Below the pieces are notes generated by a model, which searched no databases, was not told the DNA's origin, and saw nothing but the letters and a program-made list of their open reading frames with translations. DNA of 64,000 bases from Thermoplasmatota archaeon. GTDB taxonomy: Archaea; Thermoplasmatota; E2; JACPAO01; JAHFTW01. Position numbers and translations under genes: made by a program. Positions 1 through 9,404 of this stretch are shown piece by piece (positions within the stretch are counted from its first letter, which is position 1; every line of letters starts with the position of its first letter). The stretch spans positions 74,073 through 138,072 of the forward strand of contig JBBSVM010000003.1 of NCBI GenBank assembly GCA_038046785.1, in the 5' to 3' direction.

Positions 1-1345
1 GCCGCGACGACCGCGCCCTCCGCGTCCACGATGACGAGGGCAACCGGGCTGGCGGTGAACTGCGCGGTGGTGAATTCGATGTGGCGCGCCAGCATTTCCT
101 CGCTCTGGCTGCGCGCGAAAAACGGGGCCGCAACGACGGCGGCGCGCTCGGCCAATTGCAGCCACTGCGGATCGTCGGAGCGCGGAACGGTGCCGAAGAA
201 AGCGAGCCCGGCGACGAACCGCGTCCCATCGAGGACGGGGACCACGGCGACGCTGCTCAAGCCGGCCGCCCGTGCTGCTGCGCCGCGCACGACGCCGGGC
301 TCCTTCTGGATGTCGGGGATCCATTGGCTCTCCGGTTGCACCCAGAGCCGCCCCAGCACCGCTTCGCCGCGCTGGAAGGCGATTTTTTCCGTGAGTTTGC
401 GCAGCCGTTCGAAACCGGGCCGGGCTGCGAAGAACGCGGGCGAGGCGCTCAAGGTCCCCTTGCTGTCGGGCACCCAAGCTTCCGCGTAGGGCCAACCTGC
501 CACCGTGGCGATGCGCTCGAGGAGGATGCGCAACCCATCGTCCACTAATTTGCCCTGCAGGAGCGGCAAAGTCTGCTTCAGGAACTCCAGGCTCGACTCG
601 GCCTGGCGGCGCGCGGTCACATTGCGGCCGATGCCCTGGATGACCGGTTGGCCTGCCTCCGCCAGGATGCGCGTCGTCACCTCGAGCCAGACGGTTTCGC
701 CCGCCTTGGTGCGGGAGCGCAGTTCGTACGGCCCGGTGCGCTCCACCGTCCCGGCCGCCTTGGCCCGCAGCGCCGCAGTCGCCGTGGACAGGTCGTCGGG
801 GTGGACCAGGTCGCGGATGTTCATGGCGGCGAACTCGTCCGCGCTGTATCCATAGATGCGCAAAGCGGTCTCGTTCACCTCAAGGAAACGGCCCTGCAGG
901 TCGTGCGAGTAGATGACGTCCACCGCGTCCTGGATGAGGTTGCGGTAGCGCGCCTCGCTTGCCTTCACGGCCTCTTCGACCTTTTTGCGCGCGGTGATGT
1001 CGCGGATGATTCCTTGCAGGCCCGTGACCACCCCCTCTTTGCGCTGAGCGCGGGAGTGTACCTCCATCCAGAAGCCGCTGCCGTCCTTGCGGACCCCTCT
1101 TTTGCCTCGTACTGCGCAACCTCGCTCGCCCCCGTGGTGCGCGATGCAATCTGGTGTTTCACCTCGGTGTGGCTGTCGGGGTGGACGAAGAGGAACAGAC
1201 TCTTCCCCAACGTCTCCTCGGGCCGCCACCCGAACATCGTCTGCACGGCGGCGTTGACGTAGGTCACATTGCCCTTTGCGTCCACCGTGTAGAGAACGTC
1301 CGTTGCGGACTCCACGAGGGTTTGGAAATCGGGGACGTGGCTCAT
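1..1345 (-). CDS. multi-PAS/GAF signal-transduction sensor protein, N-terminal part; the gene runs off the window at position 1. The reading frame breaks near 1095–1110.
   Basis: The minus-strand ORF from the ATG at 1343–1345 (MSHVPDFQTLVESATDVLYTVDAKGNVTYVNAAVQTMFGWRPEE...FVHPD) is a canonical PAS domain. It terminates at 965, but a different frame continues open to position 1. That frame encodes RKDGSGFWMEVHSRAQRKEGVVTGLQGIIRDITARKK..., a second PAS (…FAAMNIRDLVHPDD…TVWLEVTTR…), then a GAF-like domain. The track did not list it because it lacks an in-window stop. Confidence 0.65.
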
Positions 1346-2760
1346 GGCGCGTCGGACTCGTTTGGCAGGGGCGGCGGTACGGTGATGCGGTAGAGGGCTC
1401 GTGCCACCAAGTAGAGCGCTGCGAAAGAGAGCGCGGCAAGCGCCAACTGCAAGTAGAGGAAGAGGCCCGTCACGCTGAGCGGGAGGGTCGTCATCTCGGC
1501 GGCGCCTCCGCCCAGGAGGGCGCCTCCGACGACGGCGAGGTAGTAGAGCGAGATGAGCGCCAGGGCGACGCGCAGGTTGCGCGCCGAAGCGCGGAAACCG
1601 CCGAACGCCTCGCGCTCGAAAATATGCGCCTGACGCGCCGCGACAATGGCGAAGGGAACCGGGACGACCAGCAGCAGGGCGGCAAACGGGATGAGCGCCG
1701 GCACGTTGGAGAGCGGCAGTTCGAGCGTCTCCACCAGCGTGTAGGTGCCGGCGCCATGCTCGCGGATGAGCTGGCCCGGGACGGTGATCTGGGTGAATTC
1801 GGCCGTGCGCTCGACGAGAATTTTGGAGCGGTCGAACCCGTTCGGTCCGTCGTTGCTGCGCGTGACCGCTTCGGTGAGAACGGCGCCGTCGGGGGCGCGC
1901 AACTCACTGAAGACGACCTGCGGGTCGAAGCGCATGCGCAGGTCGGTGCCAAGGCCCTCCGCCACCGTCGGGGCGGCGATGGAGACGGAGACGAGGATGT
2001 CGTTGAACACCTGCGAGCCGGCGCGCCGCTCCTGCGTCTCCACGGCGGCGTTGGCGACCGGGATGCTGGAGAACTCCACGACGGGCCGGGAGATGGCGCT
2101 GGCATAGGAGGCCCCGTTGGGGCGAATGCCCACGGCGGAGGGGTCCACGCTGGAGCTGATGTCCTGGAAGAACCAGGAAGCGGAGAGATTGAGGAGCCCG
2201 GCCGGGCGGTAGGCGGGTAGGTCAATGGGGCGAGCCGCGTAAGCGCCGTCGGTGAAGTTGAAGTAATCCCCTGCGAGCGCTGCTCCACCCGGACTCGTGA
2301 GAATGAGCCGCTGGGCAAAACGCGGGCAGAGAACGTTCGTGGACGCGCAAGCGATTTCGCGGCTGGCGTCGAAGCGCAGATGGACGTGATCGGTGCTGGG
2401 CGGAATGGGCATCGTGAAGCTGACGCTGGCGCAGCTGCGCACGAGGTAGCCAGCCGGCTGGCCCGGCGGCGTGAGGGAGGGAACGCTGGGAACGCCGGGG
2501 ATGCCGGAATCGGGGGAGTCATCTTCGCTCCAGTGGAACGATGTTCCCGCTCCATCCACACTCAGAACTCCGACTTCCGCGAGCGAAGCGCCTGGACTCG
2601 ATGCGCAGCCGTCGTCGTTCAACACCAACGTGTCGAGCGGGACCGGCACGAAGGCGTCGAGGAAGACACCGGTCACGAGCGCTTCGGGAGCGACATCGTC
2701 GGCCAAAACGGGGGCAGTCATCAGTGCGAAGAGGGCCAGAACGGCCAGTTGCAGTTTCAT
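1342..2760 (-). CDS. hypothetical exported protein with an N-terminal signal peptide and a C-terminal double-TM anchor
   Basis: 472-aa ORF starting MKLQLAVLALFALMTAPVLA (signal peptide). It has a hydrophilic central region and two C-terminal hydrophobic helices. Its stop overlaps the start of the PAS sensor gene (ATGA). Overlapping ORFs in other frames are R/S/P-rich junk. Confidence 0.6.
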   Translation of the reverse strand: MKLQLAVLALFALMTAPVLADDVAPEALVTGVFLDAFVPVPLDTLVLNDDGCASSPGASLAEVGVLSVDGAGTSFHWSEDDSPDSGIPGVPSVPSLTPPGQPAGYLVRSCASVSFTMPIPPSTDHVHLRFDASREIACASTNVLCPRFAQRLILTSPGGAALAGDYFNFTDGAYAARPIDLPAYRPAGLLNLSASWFFQDISSSVDPSAVGIRPNGASYASAISRPVVEFSSIPVANAAVETQERRAGSQVFNDILVSVSIAAPTVAEGLGTDLRMRFDPQVVFSELRAPDGAVLTEAVTRSNDGPNGFDRSKILVERTAEFTQITVPGQLIREHGAGTYTLVETLELPLSNVPALIPFAALLLVVPVPFAIVAARQAHIFEREAFGGFRASARNLRVALALISLYYLAVVGGALLGGGAAEMTTLPLSVTGLFLYLQLALAALSFAALYLVARALYRITVPPPLPNESDAP

Positions 2761-3329
2761 GGAGCACCTGTAAGGAGGAGGCGTTCGTCGGTGAAGGTGG
2801 CGACCATTTCTTGGAGGCTCTTGCCATCTTTGCCGTCACGGATGATGAAGTCGCCCGCGATGGAGCGTGTGCGCAGACGGTTGGCGAGGTAGTGGCTGAA
2901 TTCCTGGACGGCGCCAAGGCCATTGTAGAGTGCCAGCGTGTTGAGGGAGTCCACGACGACGACCGGGCTCGTCATGCGGCTTGCCATCTGCTCGAGCCGC
3001 ATTGCCATCATCTCCAGCATGGTCGGGGATGGGAGGAACGTGGTGCGGGCCGGTTTGACGGAGGGGACGCGGCCATCCATGCAGGTGACCACGTCGAGGA
3101 CCTCCACTTTTTCTGCATCCACTCCAGCCCCTTCGAAGGAGGCAACAAGCTGCCGTTGCGGCCGGTCGGCGGCAAGGTACAGGACGCTTTGCCCGGCAGC
3201 CTGCAGGCTGCGAATGTGGAGGGCCACCGCCGACGCTGCACCATCCAGCGCCGGAACCAAGACTCGAATGGGGCGTGACACTTGGGGGACAGTGCCGCGA
3301 CTTCGGCCAGAATATAAAAGGCGGACCAA
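2757..3329 (-). CDS. paralog A of a small KaiC/RecA-fold-like protein without a Walker A motif (DUF835-like, unknown function)
   Basis: 190-aa ORF with a TTG start. Motifs LEMMAMRLEQM and VVVDSLNTLALYNG are shared with two neighbouring paralogs. No GxxxxGKT/S. Confidence 0.5.
   Translation of the reverse strand: MVRLLYSGRSRGTVPQVSRPIRVLVPALDGAASAVALHIRSLQAAGQSVLYLAADRPQRQLVASFEGAGVDAEKVEVLDVVTCMDGRVPSVKPARTTFLPSPTMLEMMAMRLEQMASRMTSPVVVVDSLNTLALYNGLGAVQEFSHYLANRLRTRSIAGDFIIRDGKDGKSLQEMVATFTDERLLLTGAP
3311..3320 (+). promoter_or_regulatory. archaeal TATA box for a leaderless transcript of paralog B
   Basis: aatataaaag is centred ~30 nt upstream of the ATG at 3346. Only 16 bp separate it from the divergent gene. 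Confidence 0.5.
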
Positions 3330-3345
3330 TGGCCATAAATGGGGA

Positions 3346-3942
3346 ATGCGTTCGCGGTGTGTGTTGGTGGAGACGGGTCCGAAGGTTCACGCCGGGGCGG
3401 CCTGGCCGGACGGCTCCATCCACCTCGTCCAAGGCGACTCCAGCTTGGCGCTCAACAGCACCATCCGGGCGCTGGCACAGCGCGGCCCGGGCATCATCGT
3501 CGCGGCGTCGCAGACCTCGGCAGCGCTTCGCGCCGCCCTCGCGCTCGACCGCATCGAGAACGTCCACATCGTCGACTGCGTTACCGCCCTCACCGCCGCC
3601 CGCCCCCCGTCGGACAGCGCGACCACGTACCTCGAGTCCCCCAACCTCCTGGAAGCGATGGCGCTCCGGGCGCAGGCGCAGATGGCGCGCGGCGGCCGCT
3701 GGCTCGTCGTCGACTGCCTCTCCAGCCTGGCGGACCACAACGGCTTGGAGGCCGTCGCCGAGTGGACGCACACCATGGTCAACCAGTTGCGCTCACGCGA
3801 CATCACCGGGGCGATGGTGTTCAACAGCGCGACCGGGGAGGGCCTGGAGTCCGCCCTCGCGCACCACTTCGACGGCGTGGCGCGCCTGCCCGACCCTGGC
3901 CTCGCCGGGCCGGTCAGGCCAGCCGGGCCCGACCCTCGATGA
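3346..3942 (+). CDS. paralog B of the KaiC-fold-like (DUF835-like) family
   Basis: The real start is probably the ATG at 3346 (MRSRCVLVETGPKVHAG...). The listed ORF 2938–3942 begins antisense to paralog A. A TATA-like box aatataaaag lies ~30 nt upstream. Motifs LEAMALRAQAQM and LVVDCLSSLADHNG are shared. Confidence 0.55.
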   Translation: MRSRCVLVETGPKVHAGAAWPDGSIHLVQGDSSLALNSTIRALAQRGPGIIVAASQTSAALRAALALDRIENVHIVDCVTALTAARPPSDSATTYLESPNLLEAMALRAQAQMARGGRWLVVDCLSSLADHNGLEAVAEWTHTMVNQLRSRDITGAMVFNSATGEGLESALAHHFDGVARLPDPGLAGPVRPAGPDPR

Positions 3943-4432
3943 ACGACTCGAGGAAGCCCTTCAGGCCGGCGTCGATTGGCGCATCCTCCTCGACGACGAA
4001 GTCCATCCACGCCTTCGGGCGCACCAGGTTGTGCAGTGTGTAGCGCACCAACTCCTCGAGCGCTTCCGGAGCATTGTAGAGGGCGAAGGAGTTGCAGGTG
4101 CAGATGAGGACGTGCGGGATGCCCTCCGCTTTCTGGCGGATGGCCTTCTCGGCGCGCATCGCGATGAGCTCGAGCTGGTTGGGCGTCGAGAGGTACATCA
4201 GATGTTCTGGGTCGTTTGTCCACTCCGCTCCCGCCCGTGTGCCGACGGCGTCGATGATGAAGAGACGATCGAGGTTGACGCCCGCTTCCTTGAAGCGTCG
4301 CAGCATGAGCGACGCTGGGTCGCGGGTCGTGATGAGGAGGACCGAGCGGTTCTCCGCGTGCAGGGTCTTGACATGGCCCGCCAACTGCTCGATGAGTTTG
4401 CGCGACGATGCGTAGACCAAGCGCGACGGCAT
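3914..4432 (-). CDS. paralog C of the KaiC-fold-like (DUF835-like) family
   Basis: 172-aa ORF MPSRLVYASSRKLIEQ... with LELIAMRAEKAI and HVLICTCNSFALYNAPEALEELVRY. It lies 27 nt downstream of orc1 on the same strand. Confidence 0.55.
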   Translation of the reverse strand: MPSRLVYASSRKLIEQLAGHVKTLHAENRSVLLITTRDPASLMLRRFKEAGVNLDRLFIIDAVGTRAGAEWTNDPEHLMYLSTPNQLELIAMRAEKAIRQKAEGIPHVLICTCNSFALYNAPEALEELVRYTLHNLVRPKAWMDFVVEEDAPIDAGLKGFLESFIEGRARLA

Positions 4433-4459
4433 GCTCAGCCCCCCTGAGTCAGGAATTGA

Positions 4460-5656
4460 TTAAGAGTTGGCGCTTGGCGCATTAAGGAGTTGCACGACGC
4501 GCGCCTCGACTTGCGCCGCGGGGGCGTCGGGAATGGAGAGAAACTGCGTCGTGCCTGCTGTCCCCTTTCCCGACAGGCGGCCGACGATGAAGCCACCTTC
4601 CTTGAGCTGGTTGACGTACTTCCAGTACTGCGTGTGGGCCCGCGGCGCCTCACCGAACTCCTCGCAGGCAAGCCTGTACGCCTCCTCCGCCGCCCCGGTC
4701 GTCGTGTAGGCGTCGCCCCGTTTCAGCCGGCGCGCCAGCCCGAGAAGCGCAAGAAGGACGTGGCGCGGCAGGCTCTGCAGCTTCGCCGTCGTGATGTAGG
4801 CGTGCGTATCGCCCTGCGCAGAGCGCACATGCTCGCCATCCACGCGTTCGGCGCCGGCGCCGTCGGCGAGGTGCCCCGCCTTCCCCAGAACTTCGATGGC
4901 GAAGCGTGCGTTGCCATTCTGCGCCGCAGCCGCATCGGCGATGAGATAGACGGTGTCGCCGTCAACGGCACCGGGCCGGAAGGCGAGCGCGACGCGCTGC
5001 TGGACAATCGGCACAAGCTGCGGCGCACCGTAGCCTCCCACGGCCACGACATTGGTCTGCTTGAACGTGGAGAGCGCCGCCGCATCCAGGAGCGGCAGAA
5101 CGTTCTCCTGACTCACCATCAGAAGACTGACGCCGCACCAGGTGGGGCCCGCCTCGTCGTTGAGGCGGGTCAGGTCGTACACCAGGTTGCTGCCGTCGCT
5201 GCGCAGCAGGGCGTCCACCTCATCGAGGATGACAACGAGGTGGGCCTGGCGCCGCTCCAGGTGGCGCCGCAGGTCGCGCAGCATTTCGCCCACCGCGAAG
5301 CCGCGCTCCGGGTAGTTGGCGTCGAACTTGTTCAGGATGGCGAGCATGGCGAGCCCAGCGGACTTGAGCTTGCGGCAGTTGACCCGCACGTGCTCGAGGC
5401 GCTTGCCTTGCCGCTGCAGGGCGGCCGAGAGGTCGCGCGCGAAGCGCTCCGCCAACGCCGTTTTGCCGACGCCGACGGGGCCCCACACCAGGGCGTGTTC
5501 GCGGTTGGCGCCCAGCATGAGCCCTTTGTAGATGGCGGCGAGCGCCTTCAGTTCCGTCTCGCGGCCGGGCAGCTCGTCCGGGATGTAGTCGAAATCAATC
5601 TTGCCGAGGTCCTTGAAGACCGTTGGGCCGCCCCACTCCTCTTCGACGAGGCTCAT
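4460..5656 (-). CDS. orc1: Orc1/Cdc6 replication initiator (AAA+ ATPase with a C-terminal winged helix)
   Basis: The probable real start is MSLVEEEWGGPTVFKDLGKIDFDYIPDELPGRETELKALA (ATG at 5654–5656), within the longer track ORF 4460–6043. It has Walker A (VWGPVGVGKTALAE) and Walker B (LVVILDEVD). Confidence 0.85.
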   Translation of the reverse strand: MSLVEEEWGGPTVFKDLGKIDFDYIPDELPGRETELKALAAIYKGLMLGANREHALVWGPVGVGKTALAERFARDLSAALQRQGKRLEHVRVNCRKLKSAGLAMLAILNKFDANYPERGFAVGEMLRDLRRHLERRQAHLVVILDEVDALLRSDGSNLVYDLTRLNDEAGPTWCGVSLLMVSQENVLPLLDAAALSTFKQTNVVAVGGYGAPQLVPIVQQRVALAFRPGAVDGDTVYLIADAAAAQNGNARFAIEVLGKAGHLADGAGAERVDGEHVRSAQGDTHAYITTAKLQSLPRHVLLALLGLARRLKRGDAYTTTGAAEEAYRLACEEFGEAPRAHTQYWKYVNQLKEGGFIVGRLSGKGTAGTTQFLSIPDAPAAQVEARVVQLLNAPSANS

Positions 5657-5780
5657 CGGATGCAGCAGCAGGACACGGGATTTGAGCGGACTGGTCCACT
5701 CGTTGGCGCGCACCGATTGGCGGGACCACCCGGGGCCCCGCGGGCGAAAGGTCCAAACGGGGCTACCCGGCTGACGAGGC

Positions 5781-6671
5781 ATGCGCTGGGTGGCCGGGGC
5801 CGTCGTGCCCCTCCTTCTGCTTGCGGGCTGTGCCGCGACCGAATCGGAAGCAAGCGATGCTTCCACGTCCCTTGAGGGCGTCGAGGTCAAAGCGACCGCC
5901 TCCACCGGCGTCATCCGCGGCGTCGTCGTCGATCCCGGCGTCGTCCCCATCGCCAACGCCATCGTGAGCCTGAGCGGGCAGACCGAGACGGTCACAACGC
6001 TCGAGAACGGCGCCTTCGGCTTCTCCGGACTGGAACCGGGCACCTACTTCGTCAACGTCGAGCGCAACGGCTTCGCCCCCGGCCAGACCTCAACGGAGGT
6101 GGTGGCGGGCGTGGACGAACCGCCCATTTTGCGCGTCCTGCTGGAGCCCAACCCCGCCACCGCCGCGTTCGTCGAGGCGTTCTCCTACATCGGCTACCTG
6201 GAATGCGGCGTCGCCGTCTTCGCGACGAGCGTCGGCTGCACCATCCTTGGGCCGCTCGCCGATGCCACCTCCAGCGAGGGCATCTGGCCCATCACGTTCA
6301 CCGTCCTTCCGCAATGGAGCCAGGGCGAACTCATCTGGGAGCAGACGCAGCCCGCCGGCGGGGAACTCATCTGGGAAGCGGTGCACACCGGCACCAACGA
6401 CTTCTACGGCTACCGCGAGACCATCTCCAGCCCGGCGCTCGCCTACCTCAACGCCACCGTCCTCGCGGCCAACGAGGAGGACATCCTCGCCGATGGCGTG
6501 AGCTACCGCTTCTTCGGCGGCCCCCACCCGCTCTGCAAGGTGCCTGGCACCTTCGGCTGCGGCTTGACGTTGTCGCAGAAGACGCAGGCCATCGTGCACA
6601 ACTTCTACAACTTCGAGCCCAGCCCGGGCTGGCGTTTCACCGTGGATGGCGACCACCCGCTCCCGAAATAG
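5781..6671 (+). CDS. exported lipoprotein with a carboxypeptidase-regulatory-like (CarbopepD_reg) beta-sandwich domain; member of a 4-gene paralogous family in this window
   Basis: Lipobox LLLLAGCAAT. Motif GVVVDPGVVPIANAIVSLSGQTETVTTLENGAFGFSGLEPGTYFVNVERNGF. C-terminal motif PSPGWRF. Confidence 0.7.
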   Translation: MRWVAGAVVPLLLLAGCAATESEASDASTSLEGVEVKATASTGVIRGVVVDPGVVPIANAIVSLSGQTETVTTLENGAFGFSGLEPGTYFVNVERNGFAPGQTSTEVVAGVDEPPILRVLLEPNPATAAFVEAFSYIGYLECGVAVFATSVGCTILGPLADATSSEGIWPITFTVLPQWSQGELIWEQTQPAGGELIWEAVHTGTNDFYGYRETISSPALAYLNATVLAANEEDILADGVSYRFFGGPHPLCKVPGTFGCGLTLSQKTQAIVHNFYNFEPSPGWRFTVDGDHPLPK

Positions 6672-6712
6672 CGCACCACAATCTTGAAGCAGGCTCCGCA
6701 GGCTTGCGGCGC

Positions 6713-7432
6713 GTGGGTGTTCCGTTGCGCAACGCTATCCTTTTCGTCATCGCGCTTGCGGCCGTGCCTGCCACGTCGGCCTGCAGCGGCACTCTCGTGC
6801 CTGAACTCTTCCTTGACATCGCAGAGGAGCCAGAGGGACGATGTTTCGTGGACAATGAGAATGGAACTGCGGAGCTGCAGGGCTGCCTTGCGCTTCCTGC
6901 GAACCAACGGATTCTGTACGGAACGGTCACCTGGGGCTGGAGCGACCTGCCCTGCACCGCAGAAGCCATGCCGCCCATCGAGGACGTCATCATCACCTTC
7001 AGCACGAAAGCGCCGGCCTGGATGTCCCTCTCGCAGCCATCCCCCGTTCGCATCACTCCGGATGACCAACTGAATCCCGCAACCTACAGTGTGGAGCCCT
7101 CCGGGGAGCCGCGCAACGCTATCGCCCACCGCATCGTCAAACCGTTCAGCCTCACCGCGAGCATGGCGCGAGAGCCGACTGAATCGGAGCGTGCCGACCT
7201 GGCGGAAGCTGGCGGCCTGGTCTTCGTCCTCGTCCGGGCCACATCGAGCGAGTCCTACGGTTGGCTCCAAGCCTACGACGCCAACCCGCTCCGCTTCGAC
7301 GGGCGGGGCCTCCTCGAACCGTTGGGCGCGGAGTCCACGAAAGGCAGCGAAGTTGTGCCTCTGCCTCCGCTTGCCTTGGCGGCGCTTGCGCTGGCGGTGT
7401 TGCTTGTCCGCCGTCGGGCGGATTCGTCTTAG
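6713..7432 (+). CDS. hypothetical exported protein with a C-terminal TM helix and basic tail (PGF-CTERM-like sorting signal candidate)
   Basis: A GTG start inside the listed ORF 6203–7432; upstream of it the ORF is antisense to the preceding gene. Signal/lipobox ...FVIALAAVPATSACSG. C-terminus ...VPLPPLALAALALAVLLVRRRADSS. Confidence 0.5.
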   Translation: MGVPLRNAILFVIALAAVPATSACSGTLVPELFLDIAEEPEGRCFVDNENGTAELQGCLALPANQRILYGTVTWGWSDLPCTAEAMPPIEDVIITFSTKAPAWMSLSQPSPVRITPDDQLNPATYSVEPSGEPRNAIAHRIVKPFSLTASMAREPTESERADLAEAGGLVFVLVRATSSESYGWLQAYDANPLRFDGRGLLEPLGAESTKGSEVVPLPPLALAALALAVLLVRRRADSS

Positions 7433-8244
7433 TTGCCTTCGATGCTGGTGCGGTAGACTTTCCGGTTCAGCAGCCCGAGGAGGAGGGCGGCGAGGAAAGA
7501 TGCACCAAGCACGATGCCAATCTTGTCGACGGGCCAGGAGGCTTCCATGACACCGTTGTTGTTGACGCCGACCATCAGTTCGCGCACCGCTTGGATCAGG
7601 AAATCCACCGGGTTGAATTTGATGATGGTGCGGATGATGTCGTTCTTGATCTGATCCGTCGGGACGTAGGCACTCGACAAGAAAATCAAGATGAAGAAGA
7701 GCGGGAAGGCAGACTGCGTCGCCTGGTCCGACTTCGTCTTCATGCTGAGCGCCGTGACGAGCAGGCCGACCGTGCAGGCGCTGAAGAGCACGCAGAGCAC
7801 GACCATCGCGACACCCCCGAGGAATCCGGAGGCGACCTCACCGCCGGCGAGCAGCGCGAGGCCCAGGATGATGAGCGCCTGCCCCGTGACGCGGGTCATC
7901 TCGGCAAGAAGGCGGGCAACGATGATGGCGCCCGGTTTCGCTGGCGTCGTGCGCAGTTTGTCGAAGTAGCCGGTGCGCAGGTCCGACAGCAGGGCGGCGC
8001 TGGCATTGGCCATGCCAAGGAACGTGGTCAGCATGATGATGCTGGGGGCCAGGTAGGTGAGGTACTCGACCTTGGGGAACGCCAATTGGAAGCCCGGGTT
8101 GTCGCCAATCGCCGAGAAGATGTTCCCGAAGAGCAGGAGCTGGATGACCGGCATGACGATGCCGAAGACGAGGACCACGGGGATGCGCGGAATCTGCCGG
8201 ATGTTGCGCATGTAAAGGATGCCGAAGGTGCGGAGGGCGCTCAT
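7429..8244 (-). CDS. ABC-2 family transporter permease
   Basis: 271 aa with six predicted TM helices and typical ABC-2 permease features. Its start overlaps the ATPase stop by 4 nt. Confidence 0.85.
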   Translation of the reverse strand: MSALRTFGILYMRNIRQIPRIPVVLVFGIVMPVIQLLLFGNIFSAIGDNPGFQLAFPKVEYLTYLAPSIIMLTTFLGMANASAALLSDLRTGYFDKLRTTPAKPGAIIVARLLAEMTRVTGQALIILGLALLAGGEVASGFLGGVAMVVLCVLFSACTVGLLVTALSMKTKSDQATQSAFPLFFILIFLSSAYVPTDQIKNDIIRTIIKFNPVDFLIQAVRELMVGVNNNGVMEASWPVDKIGIVLGASFLAALLLGLLNRKVYRTSIEGN

Positions 8245-9308
8245 GCGGCCACCGCCCCGGTCGGCTCTGCGTCGGCATTGTCGGCGTTCTTGCCGCGCTT
8301 CTTGCGTCCCTTTTTGGGTCCGGCCGCGGCGTCGGCCGGCTTGGCCTCCGCTTCATCGAATCGGGCGCCGGTGTGGAGCAGGAACACGTCCTCCAGGGTC
8401 GGCGTGAGCACTTTCGTCTCGCTCACTTGGATGCCGAGGTCATCCATGATGCGCAAGGCGGGAACCAGCGCGCCAGCACCGTTCTTGACGCGGATGTCGA
8501 TGTGGCCGTTCGCCTGCTTGACGTTGCCCGGGCGGAACGCCTTCTTCAGCCCCTCTTCCTGCTTGGGTGTGAGCGTGTCGCTCAGGGTAACGCGCACCGT
8601 ATCCGAGCCGACGGCGCGCTTCAGGGTTGCGGGAGTGTCGATCGCGGCGATGACGCCTTTGTTCATGATGGCGATGCGGTCGCAGAGAGCATCGGCTTCG
8701 TCCATGTAATGGGTGGACATGAGAATGGTGAGCCCCTCCTCGTCGCGCAGGCGGCGCAGGACACGCCAGAGGTCGCTGCGCGATTTGGGGTCGAGGCCGG
8801 TGGAGGGCTCGTCGAGGAAGAGAACCTCCGGCGTGTGGATGAGGGAGACCGCCAAATCGAGGCGACGCTGCATCCCGCCCGAGAACTTGGTGACGCGGCG
8901 GTTGCCCTCGTTGGCAAGGTCGAAGGTGGCAAGCATCTCGGTCGCTTTCGCCTTGGCCTCCTTGGCGCCCAGACCGTACAGTTTGGCGTGCAGGGTGAGC
9001 ATCTCGTGCGCGGTGGCGAGGCCATCCATGCCGACTTCTTGCATGGCGAAGCCGATGCGTTGGCGAATCGCTTTGCCTTCCGAGTTGACGTCGAGGCCGA
9101 GGATGCGGGCGGAGCCGGCGGTGCCGTGGTGCAGGGTGCCGAGGATGCGCATCGCCGTGGTTTTGCCCGCCCCGTTGGGGCCGAGAAAACCGAAGATTTC
9201 GCCGCGCCGGACGGTGAAACTGATGCCCTTCACGGCGGAGGTGCCGTCCGGGTAGGTTTTCTCCAAATTTTCGACCTCGATGACCGCCTCGCTCATGGGC
9301 CGAGCCAC
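8241..9308 (-). CDS. ABC transporter ATP-binding protein (DrrA-like)
   Basis: Walker A GPNGAGKTT, signature FSGGMQRRL, Walker B LFLDEPSTGLD. Confidence 0.9.
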   Translation of the reverse strand: MARPMSEAVIEVENLEKTYPDGTSAVKGISFTVRRGEIFGFLGPNGAGKTTAMRILGTLHHGTAGSARILGLDVNSEGKAIRQRIGFAMQEVGMDGLATAHEMLTLHAKLYGLGAKEAKAKATEMLATFDLANEGNRRVTKFSGGMQRRLDLAVSLIHTPEVLFLDEPSTGLDPKSRSDLWRVLRRLRDEEGLTILMSTHYMDEADALCDRIAIMNKGVIAAIDTPATLKRAVGSDTVRVTLSDTLTPKQEEGLKKAFRPGNVKQANGHIDIRVKNGAGALVPALRIMDDLGIQVSETKVLTPTLEDVFLLHTGARFDEAEAKPADAAAGPKKGRKKRGKNADNADAEPTGAVAA

Positions 9309-9404
9309 CGGGGGCCGCTATTTGGCGGTGCTCCCAAGAGTTGTCCGCGCCAACCCGTCCATAGACGGGCAAGCCACTATCCCCCAGAGGAGTATCGGGC
9401 TGGC

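Noticed and set aside
880-1149. ORF 880–1149 (-) and plus-strand ORFs 31–1262
   Set aside because: Alternate frames or antisense of the PAS/GAF sensor gene.
5657-5780. possible replication origin next to orc1
   Set aside because: The 124-bp intergenic region is GC-rich with no AT-rich unwinding element and no recognisable ORB/mini-ORB repeats (only a short ggacTGgtcc dyad). Archaea often have several orc1 paralogs not linked to origins.
8373-9404. N-terminal 344 aa of the listed ORF 8373–10712, and ORF 9318–10547 (-)
   Set aside because: Antisense to the ABC ATPase and the aminotransferase respectively. The aminotransferase homology begins only at residue ~345.
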